Assembly: GCF_009914755.1 (NCBI RefSeq)
Contig: NC_060937.1
Strand: one strand, 5' to 3'
Length of the DNA stretch: 64,000 nucleotides
DNA from: the human T2T-CHM13v2.0 reference genome, Homo sapiens
Of this stretch, positions 47,091 to 64,000 are shown in pieces. The notes under the pieces are model-generated. The model worked only from the letters and a program-made list of their open reading frames with translations. It searched no databases and was not told the DNA's origin. The translations under genes were made by a program, and so were the position numbers. Position 1 is the stretch's first letter, and each line of letters opens with the position of its first letter.

Positions 47091-48348
47091 TGGTGAAGGA
47101 ATTCTTGATTGTAAGAACATAATTTGGTTTGCATTTATAGTAATGATTCCTTAAAGTTCACCTCCCCCAAAAAACCACTCGTTAAAAGTCCAGTGCATGA
47201 CAAGTGTTGTCTCTAGTGGTAATGATCTGTGAATAGCCCTTTAAAATCACTGTCTGGTGAGGAAGAAAGAGTGTTGTAACACAGAGTGTTATGTGCAGTG
47301 ATAAAAAATATGCCACCAAGTTTAGGGGAGGACAAAGGAAGGGCAGAGATAGAGAAAGTTCAGGGGCACCTTCCTGGATAGGGGACATTAAGTCGAATCT
47401 TACATCAGTTAGCCAGGTGAAGTATGTGTGTGAGAAAGGCAGAGAGGACAGTGCAAGCAAAGATAGGCAAGCAGCATGGAGGGTAAAACATGCTGTTGCT
47501 GAAACATAAGGGAGAGATAGAAGGTGGAACTGGAGTAGGCAAGGTCAGAACTAAGCAATCCGGTTTGAGCCCTGGCCAAATCCGTGACTTCTGTTGGTGG
47601 GATTGACGTGAAGAGAGCAGAGGACAAGGAGATCGGTTAGAGGTTATGAAAGAAGTTTGAGTGAGAAATAGCAAGGGACTTCCTTAGTGCAGTTTTAGTG
47701 GAAATGGAAAGGAGGGAACAGATCTCAGAAATACTCAGGTGTAAATGGACTGTACTTGAGATTGGCTGTGGATGGATGAGGGGAGAGAAGAAACATAACA
47801 AATCCCAGGTTTCTGATAACTGAAGAGGGAAGCATGAAATTCAAGTTCAGACTCAGCCATCATGGTTTCAAGGTGACTGTCTATGGGATACATCATGTTG
47901 GAGAGAGGTACGGGAGGGAAATACAGATCTGAGAGTCATTGCCATATGGGCTGAAACCTTTGGAGAAGATGAAGTTATCCAGAAAGATCCTTAGGAACTT
48001 AGAAAAGGAGCCCCACAGAACTGGGATTCAGACCTCTGAGAAGGGGGCGCTCTCCTGATGGTGGTTCTAGGAATGCCAGAGGAAGAAGCCGGAGAATGAA
48101 TGAAGCCACCTGCCTCTGCCAGGGTGAGAACCAGTGCCCCTGAGACACTGGCAGCAACAGTGAGCAAAACAGAAAGGGCAAGTCCTCTTTTCTTCTGCAG
48201 GAAAGCAGCTGGCAAAGCAGCAGTGCTGATCGCAGAGCCCAATGCCAGCATCACTGAGCAGAGTGTCAGGAGTGTATCTAGCACTGAGTAACAATAATCC
48301 AGTAGTTTGCCACTAAGTCTAACAAGGCGCTCTTAAGAACAACATACT

Positions 48349-48863
<515 letters not shown>

Positions 48864-49233
48864 TTAGTTCTAAATGAGACAAGCAAGTGAAATTGACAGC
48901 AAAAACTGATTATCTAAAGATGCACTGGAGTATCTCATAAAATGAGATCTCCTTTGATAGAGAGATTCAAACAGAGGCTACCAACACTTGACGGTTGTTG
49001 ACCCTTGAGAATGTGAACTCCATGAGGGAAAGGATTTTTTTCATGACGCTATCCCAATGCACGGAATAGTGGTTAGCATGTGGTATGTGCACATTATCTA
49101 TTTGTTGAATAAATCAGAAGTAATTTAAGCATCAGATCAGAGGACCAGATCATCTTGAGGTCTCTTTCACCTATAGATTGAATGCAATTGATCATATGTA
49201 AAGGCAAAATATGCAGAGTCCTCACTGAATTAG

Positions 49234-49597
<364 letters not shown>

Positions 49598-49824
49598 TAC
49601 ATCATGACCCTGAGGCACCGCCTGATTCTGAAGGGCTAGCTGAATCATCATATTAAACTACTTTTATTTTAAAATGCTAATTGTATTATATATCCTAATT
49701 CTTTAAAAAGTAGCAGTGTGTTTACATAGCCATAACTCTTGGCAGCTAATGGGTTATAGTACTAGCAAGTTAGAATTTTCACCAGGAAATCTAAATACAA
49801 TAGATTTTTCTGATGTGGAAATCA

Positions 49825-50187
<363 letters not shown>

Positions 50188-50649
50188 TCATAGCAGTGTA
50201 TAACACTTCTTAGTTTGAGGTACTATATCTACATTTAATCCTCATACCAACCCCGTGAGTTTATTATTAGCCCCATTTGAAACACCCTCACACCCTTGGA
50301 GTTGGGTCTACTTCTGGCAACGACATTTTGGATGAATGTGGGCATTGGAGCACTACCCTTTCTTAGAGGAGCGATACTGACTTATCGAATAAAAGGCAGC
50401 ACAAGAATACAGTGAGTCAGGTAAAGTATGCTCTCCACATAGCTTCTCTCCCACGCAGGCCTCCCGCGCACCCTAATCCATGCTGCTGTATCACCCCCCG
50501 CAACTGAGAGGAAGGCCACAAATGAAAGTGATCTGAGATCTCGTTTAATTTGTTTCAAGCTTTTTTTGACTGCTCCCCATGGTGAGAAATACATTTTCCC
50601 CAATATACATAAATATATATGAATGTGTGTGTGTATATACACACACATG

Positions 50650-52683
50650 CAGTCATGTGCTTTATAACTGTTTCAGATAACAGTGGACCACATATATGAC
50701 CACACAGATATCCGTGGTCCCACAAGATTATAATGAAGCTGAAAACTTCCTGTCGCCCAGTTACCTCATAGCCATCACAACATTGTAGTACAACACATTA
50801 CTCTCATGTTTGTGGTGTAAACAAACCTACTCTGCTGCCAGTCATATTAAAGTACCATATAACACACACAATTACATACAATACATAATACTTAATGATG
50901 ACAGTCAATGAATATGTTACTGATTGGTTTATACATTTCCTACACTATGTATACTTTTTTTTTTTTTTTTTTTGAGACAGTCTTGCTCTGTTGGTCCAGG
51001 CTGGAATACAATGGCATGATCTCGACTCACGGCAACCTGTGCCTCCTGGGTTCAAGCAATCCTCCTGCCTCTGCCTCCCAAGTAGCTGGGACTACCAGTG
51101 TGCGCCACCATGCCCTGCTAATTTTTGTATTTTTAGTAGAGACGGGGTTTCACCATGTTTGCCAGGCTGGTCTCGAACTCCTGATCTCAAGCAATCCGCC
51201 TGCCTTGGCCTCCCAAAGTGCTGGGATTACAGGCGTGAGCCACTGTGCCCAGATCTACACTTTTTATCATTATATTAGAGGGTACTCCTACTTATTGAAA
51301 GAAAAAAAAGTTAACTATGAAACAGCCTCAGGCAGTTCCTTCAGGAGGCATTGTTATCATAGGAGATGACAGCTTCATGCATGTTTTTGTTCTGAAGACC
51401 TTCCAGTGGGACAAAATGTGTAGGTGGAAGACAGTGATACTGATGATCCTGAAACTGTGTAGGCCTAGGTTAATGTGTTTTGTGGTTTAGGTTTTTTTTA
51501 AAAAAGTTTAAAAAGTAAAAAAGTTAAAAACAAAAACAATTTTAATAGAAAAATGCTTATGGATTAAGGATATAAAGAAAGAAAAAGCTTTTGTATAACT
51601 ATATGTTTGTGTTTTAATCTAAGTGTTAGTACAAAAGAGTCAAGAAGTTAAAAGAAGTTTACAAAGTAAAAATGTTTCAGTAAGCTAATATTTATTATTG
51701 AAGAAAGAAAAATATTTTAATAAATTCAGTTTAGCCTGTGTACAGTGTTTGTAAAGTCTACAGTAGTGCAAAGTAATGCCCCAGGCCTTCACATTCACTT
51801 GCCATTCACTCACTGACTCACCCAAGGCAACTTCCAGTCCTATAAGCTCCATTCATGAATTAAGTGTCCTATACAGATGTACCTTTAGCCTGTAATCCCA
51901 GCACTTTGGGAGGCCCAGGCAGGCCTATCATTTGAGGCCAGGAGTTCGAGACCAGCATGGCCAACATAGTGAAACCCTGTGTCTACCAAAAACATAAAAA
52001 TTAGCTGGACATGGTGGCACATGCCTGTAATCCCAGCTACTCGGGAGGCTGAGGCAGGAGAATCGTCTGAACCCGGGAGGCAGAGGTTGCTTGCAGTGAC
52101 CTGAGACGGGGCCACTGCACTCCAGCCTGGGTAACAGAGCGAGACACCGTCTCAAAAAAATATATATATAATATAGATATACATAAGTATAATATATAAT
52201 TTATATATAATATTATATATATAATTTATAATTAAATAATATATATTTATGCAATTATTTAATAATTATTTAAATTATATTGTTTAATATTTAATATAAA
52301 TATAAAATAATTTATAATTTCAATGTAATAATTTATATAATACATAATATATATTATTTGTAATATATAATTATGATATATATTTATATTATATTTTATA
52401 TTTTTACTGTAGATATCTTTTATATCTTTACCGTACCTTTTCTCTGTTTAGATATGTTTAGATACACAAATACCATTTTATTACAATTGCCTGCAGCATT
52501 CAGTACACTAACATGCTATACAGGTTTGTAGCCTAGAAGCAACAGGCTATATCATATAGCTTAGGTGTGTAGTAGGCTATCCCATCTAGGTTTGTGTCAG
52601 TACAATGTGATGTTCACACAATGAAAAAAATCACCTAGCAATGCATATCTGAGAATGTGTCCCCGTTAGGTGATGCGTGACTG
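50650..52683. mobile_element. Tigger3/MER7-type DNA transposon with nested Alus (50955-51250 minus; 51887-52160 plus, AT-rich tail to ~52405)
   Basis: Terminal inverted repeats cagtcatgtg... / ...tgcgtgactg; Tigger internal motifs. Confidence 0.8.
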
Positions 52684-52819
52684 TGCATACACACACATAT
52701 ATACATGATATATAAGCAGATATGTTTATATATCACAAGTTTAACAAAATAGCACTTATGTACATGCAATATAGCTTAATATTTTCTATTCTATTTTGTT
52801 TTAAAAAAATTACTGATTG

Positions 52820-53165
52820 TGGCGGGCACAGTGGCTCATGCCTGTAATCCCAGCATGTTGAGAGGCCAAGGTAGGTGGATGGCTTGAGCCCAGGAGTTCC
52901 AGACCAGCCTGGGCAACTTGCAGAAACTCAGCCTCTACAAAAAATACAAAGATTAGCTCTGCTTGGTGGCGCATGCCTGTAGTCCCAGCTACTAGAGAGG
53001 CTAAGGTGGGAGGACCGATTGAGCCCGGGAGGACCAATTGAGCCTGGGAGGATGGAGTGAGCCCGGCCCTCTTGGTTGCAGTGAGCCAAGATCATGCCAC
53101 TGCACTCCTGCCTGGGCACCAGAGCGAGACTCTGTCTCCAAACAAACAAACAAACAAACAAAAAT
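52820..53165 (+). mobile_element. AluJ with internal ~20-nt tandem duplication
   Basis: ggaggaccgattgagcccg repeated; (AAAC)n tail. Confidence 0.88.
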
Positions 53166-53227
53166 ACTGATTGTAAACAAAAATACTGATTGCAACCTAT
53201 TAAACTGATTTTGTAACCCACTAATGA

Positions 53228-53655
53228 GAAGGTCAGCAAACTTTTTACGTAAAGGGCCAGATAGTAATATTTTCAGCTTTGCAGGACACGTGGTCTCTGT
53301 CAGGACTATTCTACTCTGCCAATGTGGCAGGAAAGCAGCCACAAACGATATGTAAATGAATGGGCATGGTTGGGTCCCAATAAAACATTATTTACAAAAA
53401 CAGATGTTGGCACATCCCTACACTAATAGGTCATAGCCCACAGTATTAATTTTTAAAACCACAGAGCTAGTTCAACAGTTTCCAATGATTAGCTGAATGT
53501 CTAAGAATCATTTGCAGATTATGTTTAAAAAAAGTTTTCAGGAACCACCCTGGACCTACACAACTAGAATCTCTTGGGAAGGGGTTTGGGACACCAACAT
53601 TTGAATCACTCTCCTTCATTGATTCTTACCTGTGGCCAGGATTAGGGATCACTGA
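53228..53655. mobile_element. MER58A-like then MER5-like hAT elements
   Basis: ggtcagcaaact...aagggccagatagtaa motif. Confidence 0.7.
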
Positions 53656-53996
<341 letters not shown>

Positions 53997-54019
53997 ACTC
54001 CAGCTCCTATTTAAAAAAA

Positions 54020-54205
54020 AAAAAGTTTATAATTAACACGTAATTGTACATTTATAGGGTACAATGTGATACTTCAATACCTGTATACATTGTATAATGA
54101 TCAAATCAGGATAGTTAACATGTCCATCACCTCGAACCTTTATCATTTCTTGATGGTAATAACTTTCAAGATAACTAGAAAAGAGGATCTTGAATGCTAT
54201 CACCA
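54020..54205 (-). mobile_element. Short L1MA 3' end with fold-back segment
   Basis: aatgatcaaatcagg...ccatcacctc L1MA pattern. Confidence 0.7.
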
Positions 54206-54921
54206 GCCCCTATTTTACAAATAATAAACTGAAGCCTTGAAAAGCTATGTTCTGGGCTACAAACAATTGTCAATAATGTTGAAGAACCTGGGTCATACAA
54301 ACTGGGGACTCTTACTACAGTGCAGTCACATTATAAATTAATAACAAAAAATCTGAAACAGAACATAATACTCACTCTTACAATTTGTTCAATACATATC
54401 CCTGCGGCACTTCAGCAGAAAGTGACAACCAATTAAAGGACAGAAGCCAGTGCCCATTAAAGTGATAATAAGAATATTAAGCATCTCATGGCTACTATAA
54501 AAGGTTGTTCAGCCTAAAGGCATAAATGTCTAGAAGCTCATTACTGCATGATAACAAATTTTCAACCAACAAAAAACACTAATATGTAGCACTCTAATTA
54601 GCTTAATTATGATTTCATGAGCTATGCAATTTCAATGGGAAATGATATTATTAAAGCATATCGGCTGATTTGAAAGTGATTACAGCATGCTGGCAATATG
54701 TTTAATGTTGTTTTGGCCTGCAGTAATCTTAATTTTAAAAGTAAAATTTGGTCTCTATTTTCATCAAGATAGAAATTATCTTGATACAGACTTTATATAT
54801 GAACTTTAATATATTGAAAGAATAAAATGGGTAAAAATAGGCACAAATAAAAATTAAAAGTTAAAAACCGAGATTAGTGAAAAATTTATTGTAAAGCTCT
54901 GTGAATTTAAATATTTGTATT

Positions 54922-55140
54922 GGCCGGGCACAGTGGCTCACACCTGTAATCTCAACACTTCATGAGGCTGTGGTGGGCATATCGCTTGAGCCCAGGAGTT
55001 CAAGACCAGCGTGGGCAACATGGCAAAACACCGTCTGTACTGAAAATACAAAAATTACCTGGGCATGGTGACATGTGCCTGTAGTCCCAGCTACTTGGGA
55101 GTCTGAGGTGGGAGGATCAATTGAGTCCCTGTCTGAAAAA
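54922..55140 (+). mobile_element. AluJ, right arm deleted
   Basis: Alu consensus, truncated. Confidence 0.85.
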
Positions 55141-56416
55141 ATACATATATTTATTTATTTATTTTATATCTATATTCCTTTTATACCCACTCATGTCTGT
55201 TCTGCAGTCTCTGATAACTTCATCCCTTCGGTATTAACTGAAATCACTTCTTCCCTCTGTGTATTGAGTCAAAATGAAAGGAACGCTTCCAAGCTCTCCT
55301 CTGATTTCTCATCCTTGTCCATTTTTCATCCTCCACACACTACATACAGATATGCACACCTGTGAACACATGCATCACCCTGCATTATATCCCTCCCATC
55401 CTCTCCACCTCCACTACCACCTCGTATTCACCTGTGAACCTTCTACTCATCCATAAAGTCTCACGGGGACCCTCAACAGAATCTTTCAAAACTCACCAAG
55501 AGTGTATAATACTTAGATATTTTCATCTCTATTCCCATTACAGCGTGTTCCCATTACATACCCCCCACTAAAGCAATTATATTGCATCATAATTATTAAC
55601 ACAGTTATCTTTCCACTTAATTAGCTTTTGCTTGAGAACAGAGAGCATGTATTATTCATCCTGTCCTCATCACGCTGCACAAAGTTTGGTTCCTAGCTGG
55701 TCTTCAAAAAATGTCCTTTGAATGGGTGAGGAGAGTATTTCACTTGGAATATTGTTTAAAACTCTTAACCTCTGTGGTCACAAGTGATATTACACTGCCT
55801 TTGTCTAGTTTGGGAGCCAAGGTTACAGTAGGTCATAAAATGAAAGAGCTTTTCCTTTTTTTTTTTTCCCCAATCTGTGATGAATTTGTGTAAGAACAGA
55901 ATTACCTGTTCTTTGAATGTATGGTAGAATTATCTGTAAAACTGTCCAGTAATAGTGGCAATCTTTTCTTTGGGTATGTTTTATTTTTCTGACTTCTTGG
56001 GTTGGATGTTTAATACAGTGTCTTTACTAATAAAAGCATGTAGAATTGTCTATTTTTCTGTAAGTACTACTTTAGCTGCATCCCGTAAGTTTTCTTTAAA
56101 CATTTTTCAAAATAGAATTTTATTCTATTTTTTTAGAGGATATATATGAGTTCAAGATGGTCACCTGCTTCTCTAGGAATCCAAGGGACAACTTCAATTC
56201 CTTTAGGAGGTAAGTGGCCTGAGACTCCACACGGCCTATATCCCAAGCGAATGAATTGGTACTTAGGAAGTCCAGGCAGAATCTCAGTGAGATATCCTAG
56301 ACCAGCATGGTGGAAGCAGGAAAGAGCCACAGAATAGGGATCCCATGGATGCTCAGGCTTGAAGGTAAGCTCCCCAGACACTAAACCTGCAATTGCACGC
56401 TAATTCTATATGCTAA

Positions 56417-56722
<306 letters not shown>

Positions 56723-56873
56723 TAGTCTCATTATTATCCAATTTCAAGCATTTTATAATTGACTTTATAATTTCTTTGATTCACAAGATTTTAGTAAATG
56801 TGTTAAAGGCAGCTTTCTACCCTAAAGTTGAAGGTGTGGCATGGGTTAATTTCTGGTTCACCTTTATGCTGAG

Positions 56874-57280
56874 TGCTATAGTCTAGTTTGTGTCCCCCTA
56901 AAATTCACATGTTGAAACCTAATCCCCAAGGTAATGGTATTGGCAGGGGGATCTTTGGGAAGTGATTAGGTCATGAGAATGGAGTCCTCGAATGGGATTA
57001 ATGCCCTTATAATAGAGGATTCAGAGAGCTCCCTTAACCCTTCCACCATGTGAGGACACAGCAAGCAGAGGCCATCCAGGAACCAGGAAGCAAAACCTCA
57101 TCAGACACTGAATCAGCCATTGCCTTGATCTTGGACTTCTCAGCTTCCAGAGCTGAAAGTGAAATGAATGTTTCTTATTTATGAAAGAAATGTTTATTTA
57201 TTTTATAAAAGAAATATTTCTTACGTATAAACTAGCTAGTCTATGGTATTTTGCTATAGCAGCCTAAATGAACTAAGACA
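56874..57280 (+). mobile_element. MaLR LTR (MLT1A-like)
   Basis: tgctat...ctaagaca termini, aaacctaatcccc motif. Confidence 0.82.
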
Positions 57281-57534
57281 CTTCAGGTGCTGCCCTTTGG
57301 TGTTTTAGCTTAGCGGGGAGATTTCCTGTGAAAGTCCCCACTTAGAGTTGGTACTAGCTTGACTATCTTTCTCCTAAGCTCCTGGGAATAATAAAAATAA
57401 CGCTTGAATTTAGCCATTGTGGTAAATGCCTTCAGATAAAATCTGATTCTGTGATAAGCTTAACTTTCTAGGTTCTTGCCTTCATTTTGTTTTATCCTGC
57501 ATTTGCAGTTATTTACAAAGGAAAGGTGGTACAA

Positions 57535-58870
<1,336 letters not shown>

Positions 58871-59598
58871 TCTCAATAATCTAGTGTGCAGTATTGTTTA
58901 GGGAACATATCTTTTAACCATGCTATTAATCTTTTGTACATTATGAATGCTCAATATATGTTGCAGAATACTTGATAGATTGCTTATATTTTATGAGAAT
59001 GAATGGAGATTTTTTTTAATTGAATAAGAATTTTTTTAAAAAACCAACTTAAATGGGGAGACTTTCAGTTCTAGTTATTTCCTAGAATTTTTACTTTAAA
59101 AGAGAACATATAATAAACATTTGATTTGCTGTCAGTGCTATCTCTGAGAAGGCAAATGAAACAATGAATTCCAACACAGCCCCTAATCTGTTTGAGTGTT
59201 CTGAGATACAGAAATAACAAGGTTTTTGGCTTGTAAAATGTCATTACATTATTGTAGAGGACAAAATGTGAAGGCAGAAAAATTTGGGCAATGTCAGCCA
59301 TGTTCCTTAGACTTTAAGAAAGTTGGTGGTTAAAAATTAAGAGAAGAAAAACGTTATTCAGCAAATGATGTTGGAATAATTAGATGCTCATATGAAAAAA
59401 GAAAAAATATTAAGTCCCTTCTTCATACCATATTCTAAATGAGTTCCTAATAAATAAATGACATGTGGGAAGCAAAACTGCGAACTTCTCAGAAGAAAAT
59501 ATAAGGGAATATTTTCTCTGTCATTGGGTTAGGGAAAGATTATTTTAAGTAATATATAAAAAGGGCAGCCCATTTTTATCTTCAAAAAAGAGACTGAT

Positions 59599-60304
59599 AG
59601 AGAAGGTTGCTGCAAAATTGGCTGCACGTACAGGCTTGCCTTTTGTCACTGCTCCAAATAAATTTGAAGCTCTGGCTGCTCATGACGCTCTGGTTGAGCT
59701 CAGTGGAGCCATGAACACTACTGCCTGTAGTCTGATGACGATAGCAAATAATATTCGTTTTCTGGGTTCTGGCCCTTGGTCAGGTCTGGGAGAACTGATC
59801 TTGCCTGAAAATGAACCAGGAAGTAGTATCATGCCAGGCAAGGTGAACCCTACTCAGTGTGAAGCAATGACCATGGTTGTAGCCCAAGTCATGGGGAATC
59901 ATGTTGCTGTAACAGTTGGAGGCAGCAGTGGACATTTTGAGTTGAATGTTTTCAAGCCAATGATGATTAAAAATGTGTTACACTCAGCCAGGCTGCTGGC
60001 GGATGCTTCAGTTTCCTTTACAGAAAACTGCGTGGTGGGAATCCAGGCCAATACAGAAAGGATCAACAAGCTGATGAATGAGTCTCAAATGTTGGTGACA
60101 GCTCTCAATCCTCGTATAGCGTATGACAAGGCAGCAAAGATTGCTAAGACAGCACACAAAAATGGATCAACCTTAAAGGAAACTGTTATTGAACTTGGCT
60201 ATCTCACACCAGAACAGTTTGATGAACAGGTAAAAACTAAGGACATGCTGAGTCCAAAGTGATTTAAGTAAATTTATAATGAAAATAAACGTGTATATAA
60301 TTTT

Positions 60305-60310
<6 letters not shown>
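59599..60310 (+). pseudogene. FHP1: 5'-truncated processed fumarate hydratase pseudogene (C-terminal ~220 codons + 3' UTR)
   Basis: Intronless ORF with fumarase signature [15 protein letters not shown], ending ...KDMLSPK*; AATAAA 60284-60289 and short A tail; actgata on both flanks; sits inside an old L1. Confidence 0.92.
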
Positions 60311-62342
<2,032 letters not shown>

Positions 62343-62604
62343 TAAATATTTTATAATTTAAAACAATATCCTAACTAGTTCCAACCTCTGCCTTCATTTT
62401 CTCCCTGCAGAACAACCTGAGCAAGGCTCTAGGCTCAAAACCTCTTTAGAATACACAAAATATCCTACTGTTGCCTCTAGCGTTAATCTTATGCCCCCGT
62501 TCTGAAAACATGGTTTCCTAATTTATTAGACTTCAGTTCTCTCTTTTCATTGAACTTGAGGTCCCTGGTAACTAAGGAGTTGACTGAGTACTGCTCACTG
62601 GTAC

Positions 62605-62939
62605 TGACAGATGCAGGAAGCATGTAAGAGGGAGAATCCCTGGAGAATCTCCAGCCCACCTGCCACTGGGAGAATGGGGTGGAGCCACCGAGAAGTTTCT
62701 GCCTTGTGCACGGGGGAGGAGCCTGGGCTCTTGAGCTCCTGTGTGGTGGCCTGGTATTCAATCTGTGAGATGGGAGCCGTTGGCAGGAACCCCTCTCACT
62801 TTGCTGAGAGTTTTTTCTTTTTTCCTTTTCGCCCAATAAATTCCATTCCCCACCCTTCAATGTGTCTGCATGTCTAAGTTTTCCTGGTTGTGAGATAAAC
62901 CCGAATTTAGCTGAACTAAGGGGCAAAAATTCTGCAACA
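62605..62939 (+). mobile_element. ERV1 solo LTR (MER61-like)
   Basis: TG...CA ends, internal AATAAA, 3' end gctgaactaaggggcaaaaattctgcaaca; near-TSD gtac/gtaa. Confidence 0.75.
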
Positions 62940-64000
62940 GTAATATATATACCGAGTACTTGTCCTGGCCATCCCTGTCCCCTGTGGTGTCCTGCTTCCA
63001 CACCCACAGGGATAGAGGCCATTTTATTTGTTGATATACTTTCTCAGTGCCTGCCCATTGTCAGGCTGGGTTTCTGAGTATCTCCTGATTCTCTAATGCT
63101 ATATTTTGTTAGCTTTTTGGATCATCTCTTATACTTGGTGTTGGATCCTTTGACACCTGGTGCATTCATGAACTGTCTCTGGAACATGGAACTCTGAGCT
63201 CCAGACTGAATTTCCACCTAGCTCTCTTGCCTAAAACCTGTTCCAATCTAGTAGATGAATGTAATAGAGGGCCTAAGCCAAGATGAAAATTTACAGTTTT
63301 CAGCACTTGCTAAGCTTCCTTATTTCCTTCCTAACCTGTGTCAGACTGATCAAATTAAGCACTGGAGATGCAGGCTCTTGAAATAGAAAATGTGTTGGGA
63401 CACAGCTGTCTTTCATTACCTTTCCTTACTCAGACCTAGAGATAAAGTATTTCTTGGAACTATAACCCTCTGTTTTGGAGATGATAGTGGCCTCCGGAGT
63501 CTTTTAAGTGAGTACACAGGAAGTCACGTCCCCAAGCTACTTGCCTTATAAAATGCAACACCTCTTAGCAATCCTTTTGTCTTAGGTTACCTGAATAGTT
63601 CTGCTTCGAACAGCTTGGCCCTCCTGCTAATTTTCCTCCGGTTCTATGCTAGGTTGGCTTCTTGCTTGTTTCTGGGACCCCTCTATTTATTTCCCTATTA
63701 GAGACCACAGCTTATGCTTGACTTAGACTCTTTAGTAACTGCATCGTACCCAACCTAAGCACCCCACTGTCTTCAAGGCTACTGACTCCAAGCCAGACCT
63801 TCACTGCTATTTTGTCCCCATTCCTCAGGTCAAGCCTCAAGAAACCATATGAAAAGAAAGAATGAAAAGGTATTGTGGAACAGCAGAAATGTGCCTGTTG
63901 ATAACAATTGATGACAATTATTTGATTTTGTGACAGACCCTTGGGAGTCAATAAGGCACAGTCGCTACCTGCCTTCAAGTGGCACATTGGTCAAGTTGGT

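Noticed and set aside
62489-63022. 177-aa minus-strand ORF
   Set aside because: Runs through the solo LTR antisense; no gag/pol/env similarity.
63517-63553. CAGGAAGT/TCACGT/TATAAAA promoter-like cluster
   Set aside because: Short motifs in CpG-poor DNA with no downstream gene structure visible in the window.

Overview
AT-rich, repeat-dense human genomic DNA containing the 3' half of DGKH (diacylglycerol kinase eta, chr13q14) on the + strand. Thirteen GT-AG coding exons (2206-32911) splice in consistent phase. They encode the DAG kinase accessory (C4b) domain, a helical/coiled region and a C-terminal SAM domain ending in -SEV. The 131-nt SAM exon is frame-shifting, so the last exon is read in two frames (eta2 with SAM; eta1 ending GSGDTESGSCEANSPGN). 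The 3' UTR probably runs about 13.7 kb to an AATAAA at 46598. Downstream intergenic DNA holds a 5'-truncated processed fumarate hydratase pseudogene with an uninterrupted frame (59599-60310). The rest is Alu, L1, L2, MIR, MaLR/ERV LTRs and DNA transposons, and most ORFs in the supplied track are Alu or low-complexity artefacts. The most notable signals: a splicing hub before the SAM exon (15-nt microexon, alternative in-frame and poison acceptors, RBFOX motifs), a 198-nt AG-free zone before the last exon, candidate downstream exons leading to the FH retrocopy poly(A) site, a tailless tRNA-Lys half insertion in the UTR, and young pre-Ta L1HS and AluYa5-like insertions. I see no wholly new gene system. 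Repeat boundaries are approximate and family names come from memory of consensus sequences.
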